DNA of 64,000 nucleotides. It comes from Lytechinus pictus. Lineage: Eukaryota. The position numbers and the translations under genes were made by a program. The notes beneath the pieces are model-generated. The model was not told the DNA's origin. It did not search any database and saw only the letters and a program-made list of their open reading frames with translations. Positions 1 through 12,967 of the stretch are shown piece by piece; position 1 is the stretch's first letter, and each line of letters starts with the position of its first letter. The stretch covers positions 11,658,001 through 11,722,000 of the forward strand of contig NC_087245.1 in the NCBI RefSeq assembly GCF_037042905.1, given 5' to 3'.

Positions 1-186
1 AATGCTTTACACATTATTGGTCACTAGGTGTGCACTTGTTTCTTTTTTCTTTTTTTTTTCAAAGAAAAAAAAATGGACTGAGCTTTAATAATCCCTTACT
101 ATAGATGGGGCTTACTTGCCATTTAGGTCGCTTTTCGCGTGTGAGAAAGGATATGAGTCTTGGTGATAATTCGCTAATATTCTTTA

Positions 187-829
187 AGTTAGGGTTACAC
201 CGGAACAGAATCAGTGGAGAATCCATCTAAATATTCGTATTCGGGTGGTTTCGGGAGTATTCTGTTCTCCCGCCACGAATGCAATTAAATTTGGGAGGGA
301 TTCGGGAACATACCCAGAGGAATTCAGCTAGTTTTTAAGTGTTCAAAACGAGCCGAATAACCTCTAAAATACATGTACTCTGAAAGTGACCACAACGAAT
401 TTCATTTGGGTCACATACAGCATGTATATTCGGATGACAGTCGGTTGGATTAGGGGAGGAATTTGGAGTATTCTGGGCAGACTCTGACCTATCCGTATCA
501 TTCCGGGCCATATTCGTTCCGATTCCGGTCAATATTCGGCTGTAATCAGAGCAATTGGGTCATATTGGGATGATTCTTGGCACCTTCAAGTTGGCTTGAT
601 TCTTGCCAATAGTTGGGTGGTATTTGGCTTTAATCGGGATGGCTAATATCGTTTCGGCGATTCTGTGCTGAATTGGGACCTTTTCTGGATCCATTTGCTC
701 TATTCGGGGAGCTCCCCGAGTCAGAGAAGGAAAGGTTCCGAAATCAGCAAATCCATCCGAGTCTGGCCATATTCGGGCAGAATCGGTCCGAATTTATTCA
801 GGAGAATTCAGTTTTGGTGTAACCCAACT
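187..829. mobile_element. PIF/Harbinger-type MITE (non-autonomous)
   Basis: Imperfect TIRs agttagggttacacc...aacagaat / attcagttttggtgtaacccaact; TTA on both flanks (184-186, 830-832); CpG-rich interior, no credible ORF. Confidence 0.7.
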
Positions 830-900
830 TTAAGTGTGAAAATGACAGTGGGACTTAATGCATAGTTTTTATTAGATCGGTTTATGATATTGGTAACATA

Positions 901-1402
901 CAGTGCGTCCCAGAAAAAAGGAAACCGGGATTCCCATGTACAAATGTATTTTTCCTTCAAAAGCAAATGAATTAATTCAGTTATTCCTCTTTATTTTGAT
1001 GCCCATTAATATGAGACAAACACTTCAAGCATTAATTAGCGAGACGAGTTTGAAATTTTAATGTCAAAACCAGGTTGCGCAGAAAAATTTGACATGATTG
1101 ACCCTGCTTATTCGACGATTAGCTCATTAGCATTTCTTTTGTATTCTTAAGATTCTCTCACTGATCCCTGAAATGAAAGTGGAATCAGATTCTCGCGTGA
1201 GTTTCTGTGCAATTCGTTTCTAATATACCTCAATATTTATTGTTTGTAATCTGCCATACATGAACGACTTGCTTAGCTGTTGGTTTCATATCCGAGATTA
1301 GATTCCACCCTTGCCATGAGTATTAAATTCATAGGAATAACATATTTAATAATTGTGAAACCTATCTCTGAAAACAGGTTTCCTATTTTGTGGGATGCAC
1401 TG
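901..1402. mobile_element. Tc1/mariner-type MITE
   Basis: TIRs cagtgcgtcccagaaaaaaggaaacc / ggtttcctattttgtgggatgcactg with TA on both sides (899-900, 1403-1404). Confidence 0.75.
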
Positions 1403-1434
1403 TACATGTAGTAGCAAGCTGACAATCTTGACTC

Positions 1435-1917
1435 AGGGTGTGTGCAATGTTGATTTTCAAATTTAAATAGCAACATGAATCATGATTGAAAAGGCAATTA
1501 CAAAACGTGGATATGAGAAACAAAGGATGTGTTCCATGTCCCCCATTCCTGGTAGTAAAAGTAAAATCATTCAGATCGTGATTCAGAGGAAAATTTAAAA
1601 CGGTGAAAAGGATGCATTTGGGAATGAGATCAGCTCTGATTTCAGCATCGTGAATGCAACACTGAGCACGAATAAGTTTTGAAACGTCTCTCTTGCAATG
1701 GAAGCCTACACAAGCACGTGTCAGAATTGATGGGTCAAACTGCGCCGTAAGCTGCGTAACGAGAGTCGGAAATTTATAGACAATCGACGTATAATCAGCT
1801 TTATATTTTCGACACTGAACGGTGCATCCCTGATGGTGTTTGTGTTCCTTGTGTTTTCAAATTCAATCATGATTCACGATTCTGTTTAAATTTGAAAATC
1901 AACATTGAACAGACCCT
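1435..1917. mobile_element. MITE with ~60-bp imperfect TIRs
   Basis: agggtgtgtgcaatgttgattttcaaatttaaa...aatcatgattgaa mirrored by ttcaatcatgatt...tttaaatttgaaaatcaacattgaacagaccct. Confidence 0.65.
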
Positions 1918-2220
1918 AAAATGGCTATAGATGCTATACATGCAAATGTGTTAAACACTGTTTGTCTGCAGTGATGTTTGCACAATAGCATAAACACACA
2001 TTCTGGTGGGATATGCATTTAATTGATCATTGAATTTAATCTGTTTTAACTGTCAATAGGAAATGAATTAAGATGGGTTTGTTTTTGTGAGAATGTTTTA
2101 AAAGCCAATGGCTATATGGTCAGCATTGTGTGATCACTGCAAGCTTCAAGAAGCCCCACCTTCCCCCCCCCAAAAAAAAAAATATATAGATGTGAATAGT
2201 GTTTAGTACTTATTTTAGTC

Positions 2221-2408
2221 CATGGAATAATTTTCCTGTTATCGCATTGCAATTTGCTCCACATTTTTGAAAGACTACTAATACTATGCATAAAGTTTTT
2301 TTTTTGTACAGCATACTTTTACATAGGACTGTGCATGACTTAGTTGAGAGCTTTTCTCTTATGACCAAAAATGCTTTTTTCAAATTTGTAAAGCAAAATT
2401 ATTCCCTG
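2221..2408. mobile_element. Short hAT-like MITE (CAGGGAATAATTTT termini); other copies 7746-7885 (inverted) and 31249-31425
   Basis: Three dispersed copies sharing termini ca(g/t)ggaataattt...aattattccctg and interior atcgca..gcaatttgctccacatt. Confidence 0.65.
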
Positions 2409-3250
2409 TAGTCACATGCTCACTTGCTAAATATTGGCTCTGGGTTTTTTATTTGAAAAATAAAAAAAACAGGAATGAAAGAAAATATGAAACTACTCAT
2501 GTACATGTACATGTACATACATGTCTGAAATACAAATTTGAAGATTGATGAGATAAGACATGCAAAGAGTGTGCATTATCTGTTAGTACGTAAAACCATG
2601 GAGGTACGTGTAGAAATAAACTGTACTCCTACATGTTATGAAAGTTGGAGATAAATACATGTAGGAATAGGAAAGCTCGAGACAATTAGCCTTCTTTTCA
2701 TGCAGTGTGGTTAGTATTGCAAATGCACAAAGTATACATGTACGTACAATGATGGGTACCGTAGTGTGTGCAATAATCACCCATCATGCTATCAGCTGTA
2801 CATGGAGCTGTTGACATCATGATCTTGTTACAGATCTCTTGCAAAGCAATCTTTTCTGAGTGATCGAATAGTGAAATATGGTCTTTATAAAGTAGGCTTA
2901 CTATCTTGTCAACATGATGTGCTCTCTAGAAGACCTAATTCTCATTATGAGAGCTATCACATGGTCTTTATTATTGAAAGTGCAGTGTAAATTGTGACAA
3001 CTTTAAATGAAGATATTTGTTTATTCATCATTGAATAGTACAAAGACAACATTTAATTGTAAAAGATGCAATGACAGACACTAGTATATGCAAGGCTCAG
3101 ACATGTACATTAATGTTGACACTTTACATGCAAATTTATGTGGATAATGAGATGGTTGTAAATGCCTACAGTTTTGAAAAGAATTCTCCCTATTCAAACT
3201 TGGCATTTGTTATAATATCTAAAAAAAGGAAAACAAAATCACCAGTTTTC

Positions 3251-4178
3251 TTTTTTATATGCCCGTCCTAGACAGGACGTACAGTATTATGGTATTACGC
3301 TTGGTGTCCCTCCGTCTGTCCGTCCGTTAACTTTTCCTTGTAAACGAGATAACTTCAGTCTGACCAGGGACGTGTCCCTGGATTGACTTAACCTAGTCTC
3401 ATATAATTTTGTGTGTATGATACTAGCATGGATCCCAGGAAGCATATTGATTTTGAAGTCCTAAGGTCAAGGTCACACTGTGACATGTTTTCATCTTACC
3501 CTTCTGAAGTCCTTGTAAACGCGATATCTTTAGTTTAACTTAACCTAGGCTCATATAATTTGGTGTGTATGATACTAGCATGGATTCCAGGAAGCCTATT
3601 GATATTGAGGTCCAAAGGTCAAGGTCACAGTGACAGGTATCCATCTTACCTTCTGCAGTCCTTGTAAGCCTGATAACTTCAGTTTAACTTAACCTAGGCT
3701 CATATAATTTGGTGTGTATGATACCAGCATGGATCCCAGGAAGCCTATTGATTTTGAGGTCAATGTCACAGTGACATGTTTTCATCTTACACTTCTGCAG
3801 TCCTTGTAAGCGTGATAACTTCAGGTTAAAACTTAAACCTAGGCTCATATAATTTGGTGTGAATGATATTAGCATGGATCTCAGGAAGCCTCTTGATTTT
3901 GAGGTCAAAAGGTCAAAGGTTAGGTCACACTGACATGTTTTCATCTTACCCTTCTGAAGTCCTTGTAAACGTGATAACTTTAGTTTAACTTAAACTAGGC
4001 TCATATATTTTGGTGTGTATGATACTAGCATGGATCCCAGGAAGCCTATTGATTTTGAGGTCAGAAGGTCAAAGGTGAAGTCAAGTCGCCCCCTTCCACT
4101 TTTCTTGCTTGACAAATAACTCAATTTTCCGTGTTACAGGCGGGCGTATTACGTGCTCGCCTTATCGACACTCTTGTT
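3251..4178 (+). mobile_element. Helentron-associated (HINE/DINE-like) element, family 1, with ~5 internal ~150-bp tandem repeats
   Basis: T-rich start, subTIR atatgcccgtc, (ccgt/ctgt)n microsatellite at ~3308-3326, tandem units starting ~3391, 3543, 3692, 3837, 3993, 3' subTIR ggcgggcgtat, short hairpin and cttgtt end. Confidence 0.7.
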
Positions 4179-4328
4179 ACTTTTAGGATAATGTAGTCAT
4201 GTACATGTAGAACTCATTTTGTGGCTACTGTTTGGAACAGGTGTCAGGAGGGGTTGGGGTGGCAGGTTTACTAAAAAAACTCATGTGTTCAGAACTTCAG
4301 ATATTCGACCTTTGGTCCAGTATTAAAG

Positions 4329-4770
4329 CAGCGTGCGACACTGGCACTGGTCCGACGGTCCCAGACCAGTAAAAATTGCTGTCGGGCCAGTAACTTTTCA
4401 GAAATGGCCAGATTTACTGGTCCGACATGACCAGTAAAAAATACAAGGGATCTTTTCTCCTATTTTGTAAATTATGAAAATGACTCTGGTATCTTAGAAA
4501 ATGGCTATCCAAACTTGAGAAATGGCTCTCATGAATTATGTTGTGTGTATCTGTGTACTGTTTTTTTTTTTTTTTTTTTTTTTGGGGGGGGAATATAAGC
4601 TATAAAAGACGGCAAAATAAACTCAAGACTTTTTAATGTTTTTCTTTATTTGGGGGGGGGGGGGCAGTAAATTTTAGGTTCGGACCAGTAAAAAATGGAA
4701 AAATGGGTATCTACTGGTCCGACCTAAACAGGTTGGACCAGAAGAAAAAAAGTGTTATTGTGGAGCCCTG
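4329..4770. mobile_element. hAT-like MITE (CAG...CTG termini)
   Basis: cagcgtgcgaca...tgtggagccctg with subterminal ctggtccgac/accagtaaaa repeats; attaaag on both flanks. Confidence 0.55.
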
Positions 4771-4775
4771 ATTAA

Positions 4776-5359
4776 AGGGATGCTCCGGGCTGAAAAGTGA
4801 AAACATATCTAAATAAATAGAGTAAAATTCACAGAGCAAAATGCTGACAATTTCATCAAAATCTGATGACAAATAGCAAAGTTATGGCATTTTTTAAAAG
4901 ATTTGCATTATTCTGGTGAAACGGTTCTAAGCATGTCTTCATGAATATTCAATGAGCAAACTGATGATGTCATATCCCCACTTATTCTTTTGTGTTTTAT
5001 GAAATTCGGTTTATTCAATTTTTTTTCTTCAAGAACCAAAAATATTGGAATAACAACTGATAATTAAAGTACACTACATGTAGATATTAATTGCTGCAAC
5101 TTGTTTCATTACAAGGGAGACATATCATTCACACATGTATGAAAAAATGAAACAAGTATTATTTCATGTAATAACATAAGAAAAGGGAAAGTGAGGATGT
5201 GGATCATCAGCCCATCTAATGAATATTCATGACAACGTGCATATGCACTGTTTTCACAATATATTGCTAAACTTTAAAATTAAATAACTTTGCTATTTCT
5301 CATCAGATTTTGATGAAATTTTACTCTATTTTATTATAATTTCAGCCCGGAGCATCCCT
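4776..5359. mobile_element. TTAA-target non-autonomous DNA transposon (Kolobok/piggyBac-type)
   Basis: TIR agggatgctccgggctgaa / ttcagcccggagcatccct; TTAA on left, TTCA on right; interior related to 16385 and 41125 elements. Confidence 0.7.
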
Positions 5360-5546
5360 TTCAGTTTGTCTTAAAGATTTTTTACACATGCTCCCATTGT
5401 AGACCCCCTATTCTCTGAAATAAAACATTAGCATAACACATATTGTACATGCTCTAAAGTGTGGTAATTAATCCCAACAATTATAGTCTAGTACACAATA
5501 GCATGAGATTGGGACAGCCTTTGAGAAGGATTTCAACTCGTTACAT

Positions 5547-5958
5547 CCCACAAAAGGACCGTCTGCACCAGCCTGAGTTTTCAAATAATCGCCCTATTTC
5601 TGATCTGGCAAATTATCCCGATCTGAACAATCTCAAGATTATTTGTAATGGAGACGCAATCATTGCGATTGGTCGCTGGATTAATCTAAGTCAACTTTGG
5701 GTTATTTGCAAAATAGCATGCTATTTACGAATTATCTCGCTAATTCGCAGGTGCAGACGCACTCGAGATTCGACTCGGGATTATTTATTAACGGCGTTAG
5801 CCATCAGACCATAATGCATCGATGCCTCGCTCGAGCACGAATTTGCTCTTCTTGCGCTGGTGGAGATGGGGTTTCTTGAATTTCGAGATAAATTGCGAAG
5901 AGGGCTGATCGGGCTAAATCCTCGAGATTGAGCCAACTCATGATGGTGCAGCACCGCC
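5547..5958. mobile_element. Dispersed non-autonomous repeat; second copy inverted at ~62863-63230
   Basis: Shared sequence tctgatctggcaaattatcccgatctgaacaatctc...gagccaactcatgatggtgcagcacc is reverse-complemented at 62863-63230. Confidence 0.65.
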
Positions 5959-6429
5959 TATAGCCTCATACCAGGATCAATTGATCAAACAATGAAAGGG
6001 TGCTCACTTGTAAAAGCTACATGTACAATCAATGAGCTGTATGTACAGTTTTGTCTACAGGGCCATTGACCTGGTGGTGTCTTACAAGGATGCACTATAG
6101 CCATAGGTCTTTTTTATTATTATGAGTTGAAAGTGATTTATAGATATTTCTTTCCTGGTAACTGACAAATGCAGTCTTCTGACGTGTTTGCTATAAATTT
6201 GTAAACTGGGAATCAAGTTTGCATTCACATTATGTATGGCAAGCCTTCAGGTTGTCAAGAGCAACCTTTTTTTAAAACTAAGCATAAATTTGAAAAAGCT
6301 AGTAGACAGGTCTGTTTTCTAGATTCATCTTTCATGTTGGTGGTTTTATTTTTCATTTTTATACTGGAAGAATACAATTGTAAATTGCCAAACTAAGACC
6401 CTCTTCTCATCTACTTGCGTATAATAGTT

Positions 6430-7264
6430 TAGTGTAACCTGTAATGGGGATGCTCGAAGCAGTCTTTATTTTATTTGTCTTTCAAACCAGTTTGGAAAAC
6501 CACTTTGTGATGTGGTTTTTCAAGACCACTTTGCCTTGTTAAACTGGTTTAAGCTTACATGTAGGTGAGGACACAGCTGTTTTGGGAAGCGATCTTTGCA
6601 TGGAAGTGTGAGAGTTTAGTGGAAACTAGTTTAACGCTTAGTGAGAACGGCCGAAGTGGTCTTGGAAGCGATCTTCCAAACCAGTTTGGAAAACCACCTC
6701 GCGATGTAGTTTTCAAGATCGCTTTGCCTCGCTAAACTGGTTTTAGCGTAAGTGAGGACACAGTCGTTCTTCGGGAAGCGATCTTCGCACAATTTGAGCG
6801 TGCTACTCCACACGACAGGTGTAGAATGCCTATGTTGTGGTTTTGAATTTTGCGCGAAACGTGTCACCCCACTGAGAGCGTTTCCATAGTAACAAGAGCG
6901 CTTTACTTGAAGAGATTTTGAAAACCACTTTCGTGTGATCAAGTGGGAATGCTAGCAAAGCGATCTTCCAAACTGGTTTCCTGAATCGGCTTCCAGTAAA
7001 CTAGATTTAGAAAGCGTAATGAGAGTGGCCTCCATATGTGCATGTTGAGAGCGATACACATTACACACTGTGTATAAAATGCCTATGCTGTGGTTTCAAA
7101 TTTTGGGCAAAACATGTGACACCACTCTTGAGCATTTTCTTAGCCTCAAGACCCCTGTTATAGAACTACATGAAGTGGTTCTGGACAACCAGTTCAGGAG
7201 ATGGTGATGAGATCTGGTTTCCTAAACTGGTTTAAGGGAAACCGGTTCAAGAATGTAGATGATA
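6430..7264. mobile_element. Two older nested copies of the 7265-7727 MITE family
   Basis: Degenerate copy 6430-6600 resumes at ~7035-7264 after an intermediate copy ~6605-7032 (ccaaaccagtttggaaaaccac, gtgaggacaca, gcctatg.tgtggttt motifs). Confidence 0.6.
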
Positions 7265-7727
7265 GAGGCTGTTCTCACTCAGTTCCTTAAACTAGTTTAG
7301 TGGAAACTAGTTTAGTGGAAACTAGTTTAACGCTAAGTGAGAACGGTCGAAGCGCTCTTGGAAGCGCTCTTCCAAACCAGTTTGGAAGACCACCTCGCGA
7401 TGTAGTTTTCAAGATCGCTTCGCAACGGAAAAGTGGTTTTAGCGTAAGTGAGGACACAACCGTTCTTCGGGAAGCGATCTTCGCACATTTTGAGCGCGCT
7501 ACTCCACACGACAGGTGTAGAATGCCTATGCTGCGGTTTCGAATTTCGCGCGAAACGTGTCTCCCCACTGAGAGCGTTTCCATAGCAACAAGAGCGCTAT
7601 ACGTGAAGTGATTTTGAAAACCACTTTCGTGTGATCAAGTGAGAACGCTAGCAAAGCGATCTTCCAAACTGGCTTTCTGAACCGGTTCCCAGTAAACTAG
7701 TTTTAGGAACGTAGTGAGAACAGCCTC
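7265..7727. mobile_element. Young PIF/Harbinger-type MITE; another copy at ~29628-30047
   Basis: TIR gaggctgttctcact / agtgagaacagcctc, 3-bp TSD ATA on both sides, subterminal aaactagttt palindromes. Confidence 0.75.
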
Positions 7728-8214
7728 ATATTGGGTCAAAGATAGCAGGGAAATAATTTTGCTTACTAAATTTGCTCTAACGTTCTGTACAATCCCATGT
7801 AAAAACTCTTCTACACTAAAGACTTATTGTGTAGCAGTCTTTTTGAAGAACTGATTGCGATGCGATACCAGGAAAATATTCCCTGGATAGATCTTGAAGA
7901 GAAGCCAAACAAGACAAATTCTTCTTGTGTTAGGGTACTGCATTGCCATGGTAACCTCATATAAATGAGGGGGAGATATTTTCATTTACACATACATTGT
8001 ATGTACACCCACACTATCAAAAAGTTCCTTATTGATAACGTGGGTGTGAGAGCAGAAAGTGCTCCATTATTCAATTCAATCTTTATTTTGCAAATAGATA
8101 AAAATACCAAATATCATATATTTGTTGATACAAAATAAATTGTGTGGCTTTCCATGAAGGTTATTAAAAAAACTTGTAAGGCTGGATGGCCAAAACATAG
8201 TAAAACACAATATT

Positions 8215-8741
8215 ATGCTTTTCACACTACAGAAAATTTCCCTAACCCTGGCAAACAGGTGGGGCTAAGGGGGGGGGGTATACCCCCCTCCCCATTTACC
8301 AGGGTTAAGCTTTATAGCCCTCACACTACGTTTTACCAAATTGGGCTATCTGGCCCTGCTAAAAAGCAGGGTAAGCCAGCTCACTGCAATTGCGGTGCTA
8401 AGAATTGCAGTCTGAAACCAAATCCGGCTAAGGATTTCACGATTGCAGATCTAGATCTATGATAATATGCTGGTAATTAACCTTGATTTTAAAGGCTTTC
8501 TCATGAAATAATTGTGTGCTGCAATTACTTTATTTTACATGTAATAACGCACTGTGTTACAAAATCATCAATATTTATGAGCTGTGCGATAGTCTAGTGT
8601 TGAGGCGTTAACTCCTGCTAAGCAAATAGTATGGGGTTAAGACAGACAGTCTGCCCCCCCCTAAATAGTATGGGGTTACCAATAGTCCGGGGTCAAGGGT
8701 CATAGTATGGGTTTAATAAGGAAATGCAGTGTGAAAAGCAT
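8215..8741. mobile_element. MITE (Harbinger-like termini)
   Basis: TIR atgcttttcacact / agtgtgaaaagcat; subterminal atagtatgggg repeats. Confidence 0.6.
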
Positions 8742-8932
8742 ACATGTGTGCAATTTGTACATGTACAACATGTATCCTGAAAATGTTTGTAGTAAGTATC
8801 ATAATTGATCCCTGGTGGGTTGAAGGTACGTAGGGCCCTATTTTTTTTAGATCAGATGAATTTTGCTATGGAGATAATGTACATTTTAGCAAACATGCCT
8901 CTTTTTATTGGCATGTATTGAGCTCTTTATAC

Positions 8933-11158
8933 GGCTTATTATATTCACTCGCGTTCGTAATCACTCGCGTCGCGTTGGTAATCACACGCGTTTTTGATTT
9001 TTTGGCGATTTTTTTTTCTAACGGTGTCTTCAATGGGACAAACGTACTGGAAAAATAAAATGAAATTGAAATTCGAGTTTCGTTTTAAACCGGCAAGTGC
9101 CTTAAATAAGATGTAGGCCTACTCCTCTACTGTTTTAACATAACAAACAAGCAAATCAGCCATGTGGCTCAACTAACTTAGAATAGATCCGGACTTCTAC
9201 TGTGTCTTATAGAGGACTCCGAGTCGGAACTTGCCATATCTGCCACATCGATATTACATCGTATCATTCCCATATGCGGACATGCCTGCATGCAATGGCC
9301 CCAAGGCGGCCGGACCCGTCCGCGGTCGGATACGACGTGCATCGGTAGCATGGAGCAAGCTAACGTGAGTCGAGCTGAGTTAGATCCCACGTTACATATG
9401 AGGCGCCAATTGTACCAATATTATATAGAACAATTATTTGTTATATAATCATTATTTATTGAATAATAACTATTATTTATATATAATTTACATTTTGTTT
9501 GAAAATAATTACTATTATATAAAATAACATTTCTAATTATTTATATATAATTCCAAGTAATACTTCATTATTTGTAAATAATAATAGTTCGACATTCCAT
9601 TACTTATAAATAATGATTAATTGTTTTTCATTATTTATAAATAATGATTGTTTGTTTTTCATTATTTATAAATAATGATTATTTGTTTTTCATTATTTAT
9701 AAATAATGATTATTTGTTTTTCATTATTTATAAATAATGGTTATTTGTATATAAATAACGATTATTTGTATATAATGGCAAACTGTAAAAATCGTTTATA
9801 AATAATGATTATTTATAAATAATGGGATATTGAAACAAAATTGTTATTAATAAATAATGAAACACGGTGAATTTTCATTATTTATAAATAGTGAGGTAGA
9901 TATTTCATTATTCAACAAATAATCGTTATTTAAAAATAATGGAAAACTCGAACATTAAATAATGATTATTTATAAATAATGAGAATAATGGCGCACTCGA
10001 GAAAAATATTTATAAATAATGAAGTAGACGTCTTCATTATTTAACAAATAATCATTATTTATAAATAATAGGAAACTCAACAACTTATTTATAAATAAAG
10101 AAATGTGCACTGGCATTGTTAATAAATAATTATTATTTACACATAATAGAAAACTCGAAAAACTTATTTATAAATAATGGAAAAACGAATTGCAATTATT
10201 CATGAATAATGAAGTATGCAGTGTCAATATTTATAAATAATGAAACACGAAAATTATTATTTATGAATAATGAAAAACAAATAATCATTATTTATGAATA
10301 ATGAAAAAAAAAATCATTATTTACAAATAATGAAAAACAAATTATCATTATTTATAAATAATGAAAAACAAACAATCAGTATTTATTAATAATGAAAAAC
10401 AAATAATCATTATTTATAAATAATGAAAAACAGTCATTATTTATAAATAATGAAAAACAAATTAATAATCATTATTTATAAATAATGAAAACAAATAATC
10501 ATTATTTACAAATAATGAAGTATTACTTGGAATTATATATAAATAATTAGAAATTTTATTTTATATGATAGTAATCATTTTCAAATAAAATGTAAATTAT
10601 ATATAAATAATAGTTATTATATAATAAATTATGATTATATAACAAATAATTGTTTTATATAATATTGGTACAATCGGCGCCTCATATGTAACGTGAGATC
10701 TAACTCAGCTCGACTCAACTAGCTTGCTCCATGCTACCGATGCACGTCGTGTCCGTACGCGGTCGGGTCCGGCCGCCTTGGGGCCATTGCATGCAGGCAT
10801 GTCCGCATATGGGAATGATACGATGTAATATCGATGTGGCAGATATGGCAAGTTCCGACTCGGAGTCCTCTATAAGACACAGTAGAAGTCCGGATCTATT
10901 CTAAGTTAGTTGAGCCACATGGCTGATTTGCTTGTTTGTTATGTTAAAACAGTAGTGGAGTAGGCCTACATCTTATTTAAGGCACTTGCCGGCTTAAAAC
11001 GAAACTCGAATTTCAATCTCATTTTATTTCCCTGCATGTCTGTCCCATTGAAGACACCGTTAAAAAAAAAACGCACCGAAATAAAAAAAAAAATCGCCAA
11101 AAATTCAAAACGCGAGTGATTACGAACTTGCACGCGACGCGAGTGATTATAAACTGCC
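8933..11158. mobile_element. Foldback-type DNA transposon, ~2.2 kb, with ~800-bp inverted arms and AT-rich tandem-repeat core
   Basis: 8-bp TSD ctttatac (8925-8932, 11159-11166); GGC...GCC termini; ~9050-9600 is near-perfect reverse complement of ~10490-11030; core of ~30-bp repeats built on ttatttataaataatga. Confidence 0.85.
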
Positions 11159-12967
11159 CTTTATACACCTCCATGTATGAACATGTAGGCCAATGTATTT
11201 TGTCAAGTAATGTAGTGTCTTTCTTTGATATCACTCCAGAGGTTTGCTCAATAGTGTGCATGATAGAAAAAATTTGCCTTCAAATGGATCCTGGAAAATG
11301 AGTAGAGTAAACACATGTACAGTTGTCCATGTAGGCTACATGGATTGACATAAATGACTCTGCTGGATAGACAGCGGAATTCATACATGTACATGCATCG
11401 CAATAGGATAGTGACTTGTGTCTTTTAAAATTGATTTTATATTCCATGTTCTTTGTTGATTTGTTCGTTTTGAGATTCTGTTGTTTAATACACGTATACA
11501 TTTGATTTACTACATTTATTGACAACTTTTATCTGTACATGTATGTGACTTTGTTGTTTTCAGAAGAGGTTTTCTCTTTACCGTGCTTTCCCATTTCCGA
11601 CCACTGCGTGACATCTGTCTGTCCATTTTCTGCAACGGAAAATCACTGTCTCAGAAATGTACACCATGCTTGATTCCCCAATTGATACAGATATTTATTG
11701 TCTGTTAAAACATGTCACTAATCATACAGGCCTGATTAATTCAAAAGGAAAGTGCATCAAAACAGTTGGTTAAGATTATTCATAGTAAAGATACATGTAT
11801 TTCAACCATGTTAGGGCCACATAGAAGAATACTGACATTGATTATTCTCTCCTCATCATGTACAGTACCTAGTATGTTAGCACAGCATTTCAAATTCATT
11901 CCAGGCTATTAAATCTATACACTCTAGGCCTAATCCTTTACTTTAAAGGTCATTTGATGATATGCCTGCTTTATAGCGTATTTGGAATTTATATCAATAT
12001 CAAGCCCATGTTGCATATTGTACACACATGCAACATCAGAAAAATATAACATATCTTTGCACCCCTTCTCATAAAAGAAAATATCAAGTTCTGATCAACA
12101 TGCAAGTTATTTTATTGATGGACTTTTCAATGAATATTATTCGATTTTGTTGGTGCTGGAGGCCTTCATGTGAAATACAGACGACTACATTATTGTGCAC
12201 ATTTGAATAAGAACAAGAAAAAGACAAACATGTGCATGTACATGTATTTCATTAATACCCCCATCCGCTATTTTCACTGAGGTGTAAGAATGTTTGTAAT
12301 AACTAATATCCCCTTTATATCCGTAATCATTTCCTCACAGTTGAACTATCAGAGCGAAACGCTGTGGAGATCCTTCAACAATGCCTACGCTTTCATGCTC
12401 AAACAATCTTGCACAAATATAGCATGGAGGGTGTTGAAGAAGGCAGGCTTTCTGTTGTGCCCAAGCTTTATTTATTGCCTTTATTTAGTGTCACCAGAGA
12501 TCAATAATTCTCAGCCAAGGCAAGGGGAGTCGTGTAACAATCAATCGTTTAGGAGGCCAGATGAGCTCATCTTGTAGAGAAGAGAAGGGATAGAGATAGG
12601 GAGATGCTAAACTGTATCTTAAATGCTACGATGAATACATCTCAAAATAATTACACATGCCCATATGTTAAAATAAACTGTAAGGGATTTTTTATTACTG
12701 AGTGGTTTCAAAGGTCAAGTTCTCCTGAACTGAATGTTGAGTATGTAAAAATGATAGGAGAAAAAATGTATTACACTAAATTTCAAGAGGGTTTTGATAT
12801 TTCACTTTACAGGTATTTTTACAACAGGGCACTGTGCAATTCAAATGGCGTAGCACTTGGTTTGATTAATTGATTTATCAAAAAATTTAAATCATGGCTG
12901 TAATTTATTGTGACTTTGTTTTTGGTGAGGAGTTATTCTTCCTTACGATTGTACTGATCTTAAAACA

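Noticed and set aside
3340..4080. Regular repeat array resembling CRISPR
   Set aside because: Units are ~150-bp full tandem copies with no unique spacers, inside a HINE in a eukaryotic intron; same for arrays at 13-17 kb and 34 kb.
6631..7611. Overlapping ~100-aa ORFs on both strands
   Set aside because: Chance ORFs within MITE copies; most other short ORFs in the track likewise lack recognisable domains or splice support.
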